Shown in pieces: positions 11,701 to 23,700 of a stretch of 64,000 nucleotides of DNA (position 1 is the stretch's first letter; the number at the start of each line of letters is the position of its first letter). The notes below the pieces were generated by a model. That model ran no database searches, was not told where the DNA came from, and saw nothing but the letters and a program-made list of their open reading frames with translations. The translations under genes were made by a program, and so were the position numbers. The DNA is taken from contig NIVC01000222.1 of NCBI GenBank assembly GCA_002269645.1, positions 1 to 64,000 of the forward strand, read 5' to 3'. The stretch is from Macrostomum lignano (taxonomy: Eukaryota).

Positions 11701-14700
11701 CCATTTCTGAATCGGATCTGATGGTGAACGCCATTTCTGATGGTGAATGTCATTTCTGATGGTGAATGCCATTTCTGATGGTGAACGCCATTTCTGATGG
11801 TTAATGCCATTTCTGATGGTGAATGCCATTTCTGAATCGGATCTGATGGTGAACACCATTTCTGATGGTGAATGCCATTTCTGATGGTGAACGCCATTTC
11901 TGATGGTTAATGCCATTTCTGATGGTGAATGCCATTTCTGAATCGGATCTGATGGTGAACACCATTTCTGATGGTGAATGCCATTTCTGAATCGGATCTG
12001 ATGGTGAACATTATTTCTGATGGTGAATGCCATTTCTGATGTTTAATGCCATTTCTGATGGTGAATGCCATTTCTGAATCAGATCTGATGGTGAACGCCA
12101 TTTCTGAATCAGATCTGATGGTGAACGCCATTTCTGAATCAGATCTGATGGTGAACGCCATTTCTGAATCAGATCTGATGGTGAACGCCATTTCTGAATC
12201 AGATCTGATGGTGAACGCCATTTCTGAATCGGGTCTGATGGCGAACGCCATTTCTGAATTAGATCTGATGGTGAACGCCATTTCTGAATAGAATCTGATG
12301 CCAAGTTGGATTCCTGGTGTGACTGTTCCTTCAGATATAAAAATTTGTAACCAATAAAAAATCTAGGCCATTTTAAATAAAAGTAAACAGAATAAATTTG
12401 CAGCACATTACCTATTAGTAACAGTCTCCAGTGTTAAACAACACGCAATAAAATCCCGAATTTCGAATCAGACTCCGAGGAGCAGAGCGCTGTCCGAGAG
12501 AGCGAGCTATCGCGACAAAAATCGTTGCTGCAGAAACTGATGGACCACCTAAAACACTGGAAGCACCTGAGGGAGCAGGTCGATTTTTCCACCCCGGATC
12601 AACGGACTCTGTTGAAAGAGACTACTAATGTGCTGTCGGAATTCAGCGCTCTGAAGTAAGCTTGAAAAAAGCCTTCGCGTTGCTTTCTATCTGGGTAATT
12701 GTTTCGGTTGACGAGCAGTCCTATTGTTTCAAAGTTAACCAAAGTTGGTTAGTACTAAGCTACCACCTTGCTGTCTTCGAGAAATTCTTAGCATCGAGCT
12801 GCCGTAGGAGCTCAAATTCTCAGTAGTAATAGTTCTCAGTAACTCTCAGTAGTTCTCAGTAGTTCTCAGTAGTTCTCAGTAGTTCTCAGTAGTTCTCAAT
12901 AGTTCTCAATAGTTCTCAATAGATCTCCGTAACTCTCAGTATTTCTCAGTAGTTCTCAGTAGATCTCAGTAGTTCTCAATAGTTCTCAATAGTTCTCAAT
13001 AGTTCTCCATAACTCTCAGTAGTTCTCAGTAGTTCTCAGTAGTTCTCAGTAGTTCTCAGTAGATCTCAGTAGTTCACAATAGATCTCCGTAACTCTCAGT
13101 AGTTCTCAGTAGTTCTCAGTAGTTCTCAGTAGTTCTCAGTAGTTCTCAGTAGTTCTCAGTAGTTCTTAGTAGTTCTCAATAGTTCTCAATAGTTCTCAAT
13201 AGATCTCCGTAACTCTCAGTAGTTCTCAGCAGTTATCAGTAGTTCTCAGTAGTTCTCAGTAATTCTCAGTTAGTTCTCAGTAGTTCTCAGTAGTTAGTGA
13301 GCTTATTATGGCCTCTTAAATTTGTCTATCAAAACTCTTACAGCCAGTTCCAGAGCGACAGCATGTCCCAAATAGAAGAGCTTCAGGCTAGAATAGACGA
13401 ATGGCAGTTCCACAGTCCTCTATCGAGAGACTCGTCCGCTAGGCAAAGCGATGTTCTGGTACGTAAAAATCAAGCTCGAAAATGTAGATTTTCTGTGAAA
13501 ACTAAAGCGAAACCAATGAAATTTTATAGGAAGCAGTAGCCTCGCGACTCGACAGAGACGTCAGTAACGAGCGCAGGCCTGGTTGGGAGGCAGACAGACG
13601 TGACATGCTCACGTACAACTTAATGTCGGAGACTGTTCAGCACTCCAGGCTTAGCGAGCACTGGCCCAGCAGCAAGTCAGTCACAAGCTGCGCCACTCAA
13701 ACCGACGTGGCGACTGATAGAGATAAAGACAAAGACAAAGACTGGTCAAAGCATGTGGACGCATTTTCAAGCAACGCCCATCAGAAAAGTGTTCAACCAA
13801 CGCACAGCGCCGAAACTGTTAGCATAGTTTACAGTTACATTGAAGAAAACGAGGAGGAAGTGAAGGAATATCTTAGACAGAAGTGCCCTCATCCGATTGT
13901 CAACGCAACGTCAGCTGATTGGACAGTAGCCGAAGACGAAGAGTCAACAGATCAGCTGGACAGTCGGCAAAGCTTCAAGGTTGCGACGTCAAGGCAACCA
14001 ATGATAGAGACAGTCGGTGTTGATTGTCAAACCGAACTACCGACATTGGCGACGACGGAGCTTCGTTTCGAACGAGCTTTTGCCGATGGGAATGCTATTG
14101 GTCGCCAGCGCACAATCGAGGCCAGCGTTGCTTGTAAGCCTGCGGATAGATCGCTGACGCGGGACACGGAGAGCCGATTCGCGATAGATAAAAGCAGCAC
14201 CGAAACAGCGACAGTTAACTTAGAATACTTTACAAGCCATGTACTGGTCACAACACCGTCGCTCATGGTCACCGCAACAGGCACCTTCATTGAAGACGAA
14301 ATCATCGAAGTGCCAGAAAAAGCAAAACAGCTAAAAGCTGGCGTTCCAAAAGAACCAACCAAATTAATTGATGCATGCGTAGGTTTTCAACAGGAAACCG
14401 TGGTAGCCGAATGTCAAAGCTTCGTCGAAACACCCTACATTGAAAGTACAGTCCAAGCCAAGAGAACCGTAAGCGACTCCAGCGTAAGCCATGAAGTCTC
14501 CCTAAAAGAAGGGTCAATCAGTATCAGAATGCAACCAAAGTTGTCGGAAGCAGGAACTTTCCTTGAAACACAGTATCACGAAAACACCGTGAAAACGAAA
14601 CGTTTCGTCTGTGATTCCATGATCAGAATCAAAGCCGCGGTAGTTGATAACTGCGTGACTACAAGCCCTCAGAATTCAGTAAAAAGCTGCGCCAGCTCGC

Positions 14701-17700
14701 TTGAGCTCGAGTACGAAGCCGCTGGCATACAAGTAAAGCAGGCCGTTTCTGAAATGGGCTCTTGTGAGCAAATCCTTACGGCCGACGGGGGCATGAGATA
14801 CAAGGACGAGCCGAAACTGGAAGCGTGCGCCAGCTCGCTCGAGTTCTCCTTCGAGCATGGCTCGGCTCGAGCTGCGTCCGTCGTCAAAGAGGCTTCTGTA
14901 CAAGTCAATCAGCCAGTCGGAGCCATTGGAGCGTTCGACGAAGTGCTCACAGCCGACGGCGGCATGAGATACAAGGACGAGCCGAAACTGGAAGCATGCG
15001 CGAGCTCGCTTGAGCTCGAGTACGAAGCCGCTGGCATACAAGTAAAGCAGGCCGTTTCTGAAATGGGCTCTTGTGAGCAAATCCTTACGGCCGACGGGGG
15101 CATGAGATACAAGGACGAGCCGAAACTGGAAGCGTGCGCCAGCTCGCTCGAGTTCTCCTTCGAGCATGGCTCGGCTCGAGCTGCGTCCGTCGTCAAAGAG
15201 GCTTCTGTACAAGTCAATCAGCCAGTCGGAGCCATTGGAGCGTTCGACGAAGTGCTCACAGCCGACGGCGGCATGAGATACAAGGACGAGCCGAAACTGG
15301 AAGCATGCGCGAGCTCGCTTGAGCTCGAGTACGAAGCCGCTGGCATACAAGTAAAGCAGGCCGTTTCTGAAATGGGCTCTTGTGAGCAAATCCTTACGGC
15401 CGACGGGGGCATGAGATACAAGGACGAGCCGAAACTGGAAGCGTGCGCCAGCTCGCTCGAGTTCTCCTTCGAGCATGGCTCGGCTCGAGCTGCGTCCGTC
15501 GTCAAAGAGGCTTCTGTACAAGTCAATCAGCCAGTCGGAGCCATGGGAGCGTTCGACGAAGTGCTCACAGCCGACGGCGGCATGAGATACAAGGACGAGC
15601 CGAAACTGGAAGCATGCGCCAGCTCGCTTGAGCTCGAGTACGAAGCCGCTGGCATACAAGTAAAGCAGGCCGTTTCTGAAATGGGCTCTTGTGAGCAAAT
15701 CCTTACGGCCGACGGGGGCATGAGATACAAGGACGAGCCGAAACTGGAAGCGTGCGCCAGCTTGCTAGAGTTCTCCTTCGAGCATGGCTCGGCTCGAGCT
15801 GCGTCCGTCGTCAAAGAGGCTTCTGTACAAGTCAATCAGCCAGTCGGAGCCATGGGAGCGTTCGACGAAGTGCTCACAGCCGACGGCGGCATGAGATACA
15901 AGGACGAGCCGAAACTGGAAGCGTGCGCCAGCTCGCTCGAGTTCTCCTTCGAGCATGGCTCGGCTCGAGCTGTGTCCATCGCCAAAGAGGCTTCTGTACA
16001 AGTCAATCAGCCAGTCGGAGCCATGGGAGCGTTCGACGAAGTGCTCACAGCCGACGGCGGCATGAGATACAAGGACGAGCCGAAACTGGAAGCGTGCGCC
16101 AGCTCGCTCGAGTTCTCCTTCGAGCATGGCTCGGCTCGAGCTGTGTCCATCGCCAAAGAGGCTTCTGTACAAGTCAATCAGCCAGTCGGAGCCATGGGAG
16201 CGTTCGACGAAGTGCTCACAGCCGACGGCGGCATGAGATACAAGGACGAGCCGAAACTGGAAGCGTGCGCCAGCTCGCTCGAGTACTCCTTCGAGCATGG
16301 CTCGGCTCGAGCTGCGTCCATCGTCAAAGAGGCTTCTGTACAAGTCAATCAGCCAGTCGGAGCCATGGGAGCGTTCGACGAAGTGCTCACAGCCGACGGC
16401 GGCATGAGATACAAGGACGAGCCGAAACTGGAAGCGTGCGCCAGCTCGCTCGAGTACTCCTTCGAGCATGGCTCGGCTCGAGCTGCGTCCATCGTCAAAG
16501 AGGCTTCTGTACAAGTCAATCAGCCAGTCGGAGCCATGGGAGCGTTCGACGAAGTGCTCACAGCCGACGGCGGCATGAGATACAAGGACGAGCCGAAACT
16601 GGAAGCATGCGCGAGCTCGCTTGAGCTCGAGTACGAAGCCGCTGGCATACAAGTAAAGCAGGCCGTTTCTGAAATGGGCTCTTGTGAGCAAATCCTTACG
16701 GCCGACGGGGGCATGAGATACAAGGACGAGCCGAAACTGGAAGCGTGCGCCAGCTCGCTCGAGTTCTCCTTCGAGCATGGCTCGGCTCGAGCTGCGTCCG
16801 TCGTCAAAGAGGCTTCTGTACAAGTCAATCAGCCAGTCGGAGCCATTGGAGCGTTCGACGAAGTGCTCACAGCCGACGGCGGCATGAGATACAAGGACGA
16901 GCCGAAACTGGAAGCATGCGCGAGCTCGCTTGAGCTCGAGTACGAAGCCGCTGGCATACAAGTAAAGCAGGCCGTTTCTGAAATGGGCTCTTGTGAGCAA
17001 ATCCTTACGGCCGACGGGGCATGAGATACAAGGACGAGCCGAAACTGGAAGCGTGCGCCAGCTCGCTCGAGTTCTCCTTCGAGCATGGCTCGGTTCGAGC
17101 TGCTTCCATCGTCAAAGAGGCTTCTGTACAAGTCAATCAGCCAGTCGGAGCCATGGGAGCGTTCGACGAAGTGCTCACAGCCGACGGCGGCATGAGATAC
17201 AAGGACGAGCCGAAACTGGAAGCATGCGCCAGCTCGCTTGAGCTCGAGTACGAAGCCGCTGGCATACAAGTAAAGCAGGCCGTTTCTGAAATGGGCTCTT
17301 GTGAGCAAATCCTTACGGCCGACGGGGGCATGAGATACAAGGACGAGCCGAAACTGGAAGCGTGCGCCAGCTCGCTCGAGTTCTCCTTCGAGCATGGCTC
17401 GGTTCGAGCTGCGTCCATCGTCAAAGAGGCTTCTGTACAAGTCAATCAGCCAGTCGGAGCCATGGGAGCGTTCGACGAAGTGCTCACAGCCGACGGCGGC
17501 ATGAGATACAAGGACGAGCCGAAACTGGAAGCATGCGCGAGCTCGCTTGAGCTCGAGTACGAAGCCGCTGGCATACAAGTAAAGCAGGCCGTTTCTGAAA
17601 TGGGCTCTTGTGAGCAAATCCTTACGGCCGACGGGGGCATGAGATACAAGGACGAGCCGAAACTGGAAGCGTGCGCCAGCTCGCTCGAGTTCTCCTTCGA

Positions 17701-20700
17701 GCATGGCTCGGCTCGAGCTGCGTCCATCGTCAAAGAGGCTTCTGTACAAGTCAATCAGACAGTCGGAGCCATGGGAGCGTTCGACGAAGTGCTCACAGCC
17801 GACGGCGGCATGAGATACAAGGACGAGCCGAAACTGGAAGCATGCGCCAGCTCGCTTGAGCTCGAGTACGAAGCCGCTGGCATACAAGTAAAGCAGGCCG
17901 TTTCTGAAATGGGCTCTTGTGAGCAAATCCTTACGGCCGACGGGGGCATGAGATACAAGGACGAGCCGAAACTGGAAGCGTGCGCCAGCTCGCTCGAGTT
18001 CTCCTTCGAGCATGGCTCGGCTCGAGCTGCGTCCGTCGTCAAAGAGGCTTCTGTACAAGTCAATCAGACAGTCGGAGCCATGGGAGCGTTCGACGAAGTG
18101 CTCACAGCCGACGGCGGCATGAGATACAAGGACGAGCCGAAACTGGAAGCATGCGCGAGCTCGCTTGAGCTCGAGTACGAAGCCGCTGGCATACAAGTAA
18201 AGCAGGCCGTTTCTGAAATGGGCTCTTGTGAGCAAATCCTTACGGCCGACGGGGCATGAGATACAAGGACGAGCCGAAACTGGAAGCGTGCGCCAGCTCG
18301 CTCGAGTTCTCCTTCGAGCATGGCTCGGCTCGAGCTGCGTCCATCGTCAAAGAGGCTTCTGTACAAGTCAATCAGACAGTCGGAGCCATGGGAGCGTTCG
18401 ACGAAGTGCTCACAGCCGACGGCGGCATGAGATACAAGGACGAGCCGAAACTGGAAGCGTGCGCCAGCTCGCTCGAGTTCTCCTTCGAGCATGGCTCGGC
18501 TCGAGCTGCGTCCGTCGTCAAAGAGGCTTCTGTACAAGTCAATCAGCCAGTCGGAGCCATGGGAGCGTTCGACGAAGTGCTCACAGCCGACGGCGGCATG
18601 AGATACAAGGACGAGCCGAAACTGGAAGCATGCGCCAGCTCGCTTGAGCTCGAGTACGAAGCCGCTGGCATACAAGTAAAGCAGGCCGTTTCTGAAATGG
18701 GCTCTTGTGAGCAAATCCTTACGGCCGACTGGGGCATGAGATACAAGGACGAGCCGAAACTGGAAGCGTGCGCCAGCTCGCTCGAGTTCTCCTTCGAGCA
18801 TGGCTCGGTTCGAGCTGCGTCCGTCGTCAAAGAGGCTTCTGTACAAGTCAATCAGACAGTCGGAGCCATGGGAGCGTTCGACGAAGTGCTCACAGCCGAC
18901 GGCGGCATGAGATACAAGGACGAGCCGAAACTGGAAGCGTGCGCCAGCTCGCTCGAGTTCTCCTTCGAGCATGGCTCGGCTCGAGCTGCGTCCATCGTCA
19001 AAGAGGCTTCTGTACAAGTCAATCAGCCAGTCGGAGCCATGGGAGCGTTCGACGAAGTGCTCACAGCCGACGGCGGCATGAGATACAAGGACGAGCCGAA
19101 ACTGGAAGCATGCGCCAGCTCGCTTGAGCTCGAGTACGAAGCCGCTGGCATACAAGTAAAGCAGGCCGTTTCTGAAATGGGCTTTTGTGAGCAAATCCTT
19201 ACGGCCGACGGGGGCATGAGATACAAGGACGAGCCGAAACTGGAAGCGTGCGCCAGCTCGCTCGAGTTCTCCTTCGAGCATGGCTCGGCTCGAGCTGCGT
19301 CCGTCGTCAAAGAGGCTTCTGTACAAGTCAATCAGCCAGTCGGAGCCATGGGAGCGTTCGACGAAGTGCTCACAGCCGACGGCGGCATGAGATACAAGGA
19401 CGAGCCGAAACTGGAAGCGTGCGCCAGCTCGCTCGAGTTCTCCTTCGAGCATGGCTCGGCTCGAGCTGTGTCCATCGTCAAAGAGGCTTCTGTACAAGTC
19501 AATCAGCCAGTCGGAGCCATTGGAGCGTTCGACGAAGTGCTCACAGCCGACGGCGGCATGAGATACAAGGACGAGCCGAAACTGGAAGCGTGCGCCAGCT
19601 CGCTCGAGTTCTCCTTCGAGCATGGCTCGGCTCGAGCTGTGTCCATCGTCAAAGAGGCTTCTGTACAAGTCAATCAGCCAGTCGGAGCCATGGGAGCGTT
19701 CGACGAAGTGCTCACAGCCGACGGCGGCATGAGATACAAGGACGAGCCGAAACTGGAAGCGTGCGCCAGCTCGCTCGAGTACTCCTTCGAGCATGGCTCG
19801 GCTCGAGCTGCGTCCATCGTCAAAGAGGCTTCTGTACAAGTCAATCAGCCAGTCGGAGCCATGGGAGCGTTCGACGAAGTGCTCACAGCCGACGGCGGCA
19901 TGAGATACAAGGACGAGCCGAAACTGGAAGCATGCGCCAGCTCGCTTGAGCTCGAGTACGAAGCCGCTGGCATACAAGTAAAGCAGGCCGTTTCTGAAAT
20001 GGGCTCTTGTGAGCAAATCCTTACGGCCGACGGGGGCATGAGATACAAGGACGAGCCGAAACTGGAAGCGTGCGCCAGCTCGCTCGAGTTCTCCTTCGAG
20101 CATGGCTCGGCTCGAGCTGCGTCCGTCGTCAAAGAGGCTTCTGTACAAGTCAATCAGCCAGTCGGAGCCATGGGAGCGTTCGACGAAGTGCTCACAGCCG
20201 ACGGCGGCATGAGATACAAGGACGAGCCGAAACTGGAAGCGTGCGCCAGCTCGCTCGAGTTCTCCTTCGAGCATGGCTCGGCTCGAGCTGTGTCCATCGT
20301 CAAAGAGGCTTCTGTACAAGTCAATCAGCCAGTCGGAGCCATGGGAGCCTTCGACGAAGTGCTCACAGCCGACGGCGGCATGAGATACAAGGACGAGCCG
20401 AAACTGGAAGCGTGCGCCAGCTCGCTCGAGTTCTCCTTCGAGCATGGCTCGGCTCGAGCTGTGTCCGTCGTCAAAGAGGCTTCTGTACAAGTCAATCAGC
20501 CAGTCGGAGCCATTGGAGCGTTCGACGAAGTGCTCACAGCCGACGGCGGCATGAGATACAAGGACGAGCCGAAACTGGAAGCATGCGCGAGCTCGCTTGA
20601 GCTCGAGTACGAAGCCGCTGGCATACAAGTAAAGCAGGCCGTTTCTGAAATGGGCTCTTGTGAGCAAATCCTTACGGCCGACGGGGGCATGAGATACAAG

Positions 20701-23700
20701 GACGAGCCGAAACTGGAAGCGTGCGCCAGCTCGCTCGAGTTCTCCTTCGAGCATGGCTCGGCTCGAGCTGCGTCCGTCGTCAAAGAGGCTTCTGTACAAG
20801 TCAATCAGCCAGTCGGAGCCATGGGAGCGTTCGAAGAAGTGCTCACAGCCGACGGCGGCATGAGATACAAGGACGAGCCGAAACTGGAAGCGTGCGCCAG
20901 CTCGCTCGAGTTCTCCTTCGAGCATGGCTCGGCTCGAGCTGTGTCCATCGTCAAAGAGGCTTCTGTACAAGTCAATCAGCCAGTCGGAGCCATGGGAGCG
21001 TTCGACGAAGTGCTCACAGCCGACGGCGGCATGAGATACAAGGACGAGCCGAAACTGGAAGCGTGCGCCAGCTCGCTCGAGTACTCCTTCGAGCATGGCT
21101 CGGCTCGAGCTGCGTCCATCGTCAAAGAGGCTTCTGTACAAGTCAATCAGCCAGTCGGAGCCATGGGAGCGTTCGACGAAGTGCTCACAGCCGACGGCGG
21201 CATGAGATACAAGGACGAGCCGAAACTGGAAGCATGCGCCAGCTCGCTTGAGCTCGAGTACGAAGCCGCTGGCATACAAGTAAAGCAGGCCGTTTCTGAA
21301 ATGGGCTCTTGTGAGCAAATCCTTACGGCCGACGGGGGCATGAGATACAAGGACGAGCCGAAACTGGAAGCGTGCGCCAGCTCGCTCGAGTTCTCCTTCG
21401 AGCATGGCTCGGCTCGAGCTGCGTCCGTCGTCAAAGAGGCTTCTGTACAAGTCAATCAGACAGTCGGAGCCATGGGAGCGTTCGACGAAGTGCTCACAGC
21501 CGACGGCGGCATGAGATACAAGGACGAGCCGAAACTGGAAGCGTGCGCCAGCTCGCTCGAGTTCTCCTTCGAGCATGGCTCGGCTCGAGCTGCGTCCATC
21601 GTCAAAGAGGCTTCTGTACAAGTCAATCAGACAGTCGGAGCCATGGGAGCGTTCGACGAAGTGCTCACAGCCGACGGCGGCATGAGATACAAGGACGAGC
21701 CGAAACTGGAAGCGTGCGCCAGCTCGCTCGAGTTCTCCTTCGAGCATGGCTCGGCTCGAGCTGCGTCCGTCGTCAAAGAGGCTTCTGTACAAGTCAATCA
21801 GCCAGTCGGAGCCATGGGAGCGTTCGACGAAGTGCTCACAGCCGACGGCGGCATGAGATACAAGGACGAGCCGAAACTGGAAGCGTGCGCCAGCTCGCTC
21901 GAGTTCTCCTTCGAGCATGGCTCGGCTCGAGCTGTGTCCATCGTCAAAGAGGCTTCTGTACAAGTCAATCAGCCAGTCGGAGCCATGGGAGCGTTCGACG
22001 AAGTGCTCACAGCCGACGGCGGCATGAGATACAAGGACGAGCCGAAACTGGAAGCGTGCGCCAGCTCGCTCGAGTACTCCTTCGAGCATGGCTCGGTTCG
22101 AGCTGCGTCCATCGTCAAAGAGGCTTCTGTACAAGTCAATCAGCCAGTCGGAGCCATGGAAGCGTTCGACGAAGTGCTCACAGCCGACGGCGGCATGAGA
22201 TACAAGGACGAGCCGAAACTGGAAGCATGCGCCAGCTCGCTTGAGCTCGAGTACGAAGCCGCTGGCATACAAGTAAAGCAGGCCGTTTCTGAAATGGGCT
22301 CTTGTGAGCAAATCCTTACGGCCGACGGGGGCATGAGATTCAAGGACGAGCCGAAACTGGAAGCGTGCGCCAGCTCGCTCGAGTTCTCCTTCGAGCATGG
22401 CTCGGCTCGAGCTGCGTCCGTCGTCAAAGAGGCTTCTGTACAAGTCAATCAGCCAGTCGGAGCCATGGGAGCGTTCGACGAAGTGCTCACAGCCGACGGC
22501 GGCATGAGATACAAGGACGAGCCGAAACTGGAAGCGTGCGCCAGCTCGCTCGAGTTCTCCTTCGAGCATGGCTCGGCTCGAGCTGTGTCCATCGTCAAAG
22601 AGGCTTCTGTACAAGTCAATCAGCCAGTCGGAGCCATGGGAGCGTTCGACGAAGTGCTCACAGCCGACGGCGGCATGAGATACAAGGACGAGCCGAAACT
22701 GGAAGCGTGCGCCAGCTCGCTCGAGTACTCCTTCGAGCATGGCTCGGCTCGAGCTGCGTCCATCGTCAAAGAGGCTTCTGTACAAGTCAATCAGCCAGTC
22801 GGAGCCATGGGAGCGTTCGACGAAGTGCTCACAGCCGACGGCGGCATGAGATACAAGGACGAGCCGAAACTGGAAGCATGCGCCAGCTCGCTTGAGCTCG
22901 AGTACGAAGCCGCTGGCATACAAGTAAAGCAGGCCGTTTCTGAAATGGGCTCTTGTGAGCAAATCCTTACGGCCGACGGGGGCATGAGATACAAGGACGA
23001 GCCGAAACTGGAAGCGTGCGCCAGCTCGCTCGAGTTCTCCTTCGAGCATGGCTCGGCTCGAGCTGCGTCCGTCGTCAAAGAGGCTTCTGTACAAGTCAAT
23101 CAGACAGTCGGAGCCATGGGAGCGTTCGACGAAGTGCTCACAGCCGACGGCGGCATGAGATACAAGGACGAGCCGAAACTGGAAGCGTGCGCCAGCTCGC
23201 TCGAGTTCTCCTTCGAGCATGGCTCGGTTCGAGCTGCGTCCATCGTCAAAGAGGCTTCTGTACAAGTCAATCAGCCAGTCGGAGCCATGGGAGCGTTCGA
23301 CGAAGTGCTCACAGCCGACGGCGGCATGAGATACAAGGACGAGCCGAAACTGGAAGCATGCGCCAGCTCGCTTGAGCTCGAGTACGAAGCCGCTGGCATA
23401 CAAGTAAAGCAGGCAGTTTCTGAAATGGGCTTTTGTGAGCAAATCCTTACGGCCGACGGCGGCATGAGATACAAGGACGAGCCGAAACTGGAAGCATGCG
23501 CCAGCTCGCTCGAGTTCCTCTTCGAGCATGGCTCGGCTCGAGCAGAAGTTAAAGCTAAGAATTCTTCGGTGTGTGTCGATATGTCGAAGAAAGTGGTTAT
23601 GATTGGAAATGGAATTAAGGCTTGTTACATACCAAAAGTTGTGTCATTTGAAGGTTCGCTTTCTTTTGAATCGGTTGAAGGCTCGTGTGTTTTTGGAAGG

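Noticed and set aside
2533-12406. Repetitive ORFs (MLAIWG, GAKAP/VLKPL, SYRILG, MAFTIRNG)
   Set aside because: Translations of intronic or intergenic minisatellites in several frames at once; no splice or start context.
18064-23529. 1821-aa antisense ORF, plus the 340/411/468-aa antisense and 102-aa MTCTEAS ORFs
   Set aside because: Shadows of the coding repeat: one stop-free unit repeated gives a long ORF. They end at the array edges and have no independent features.
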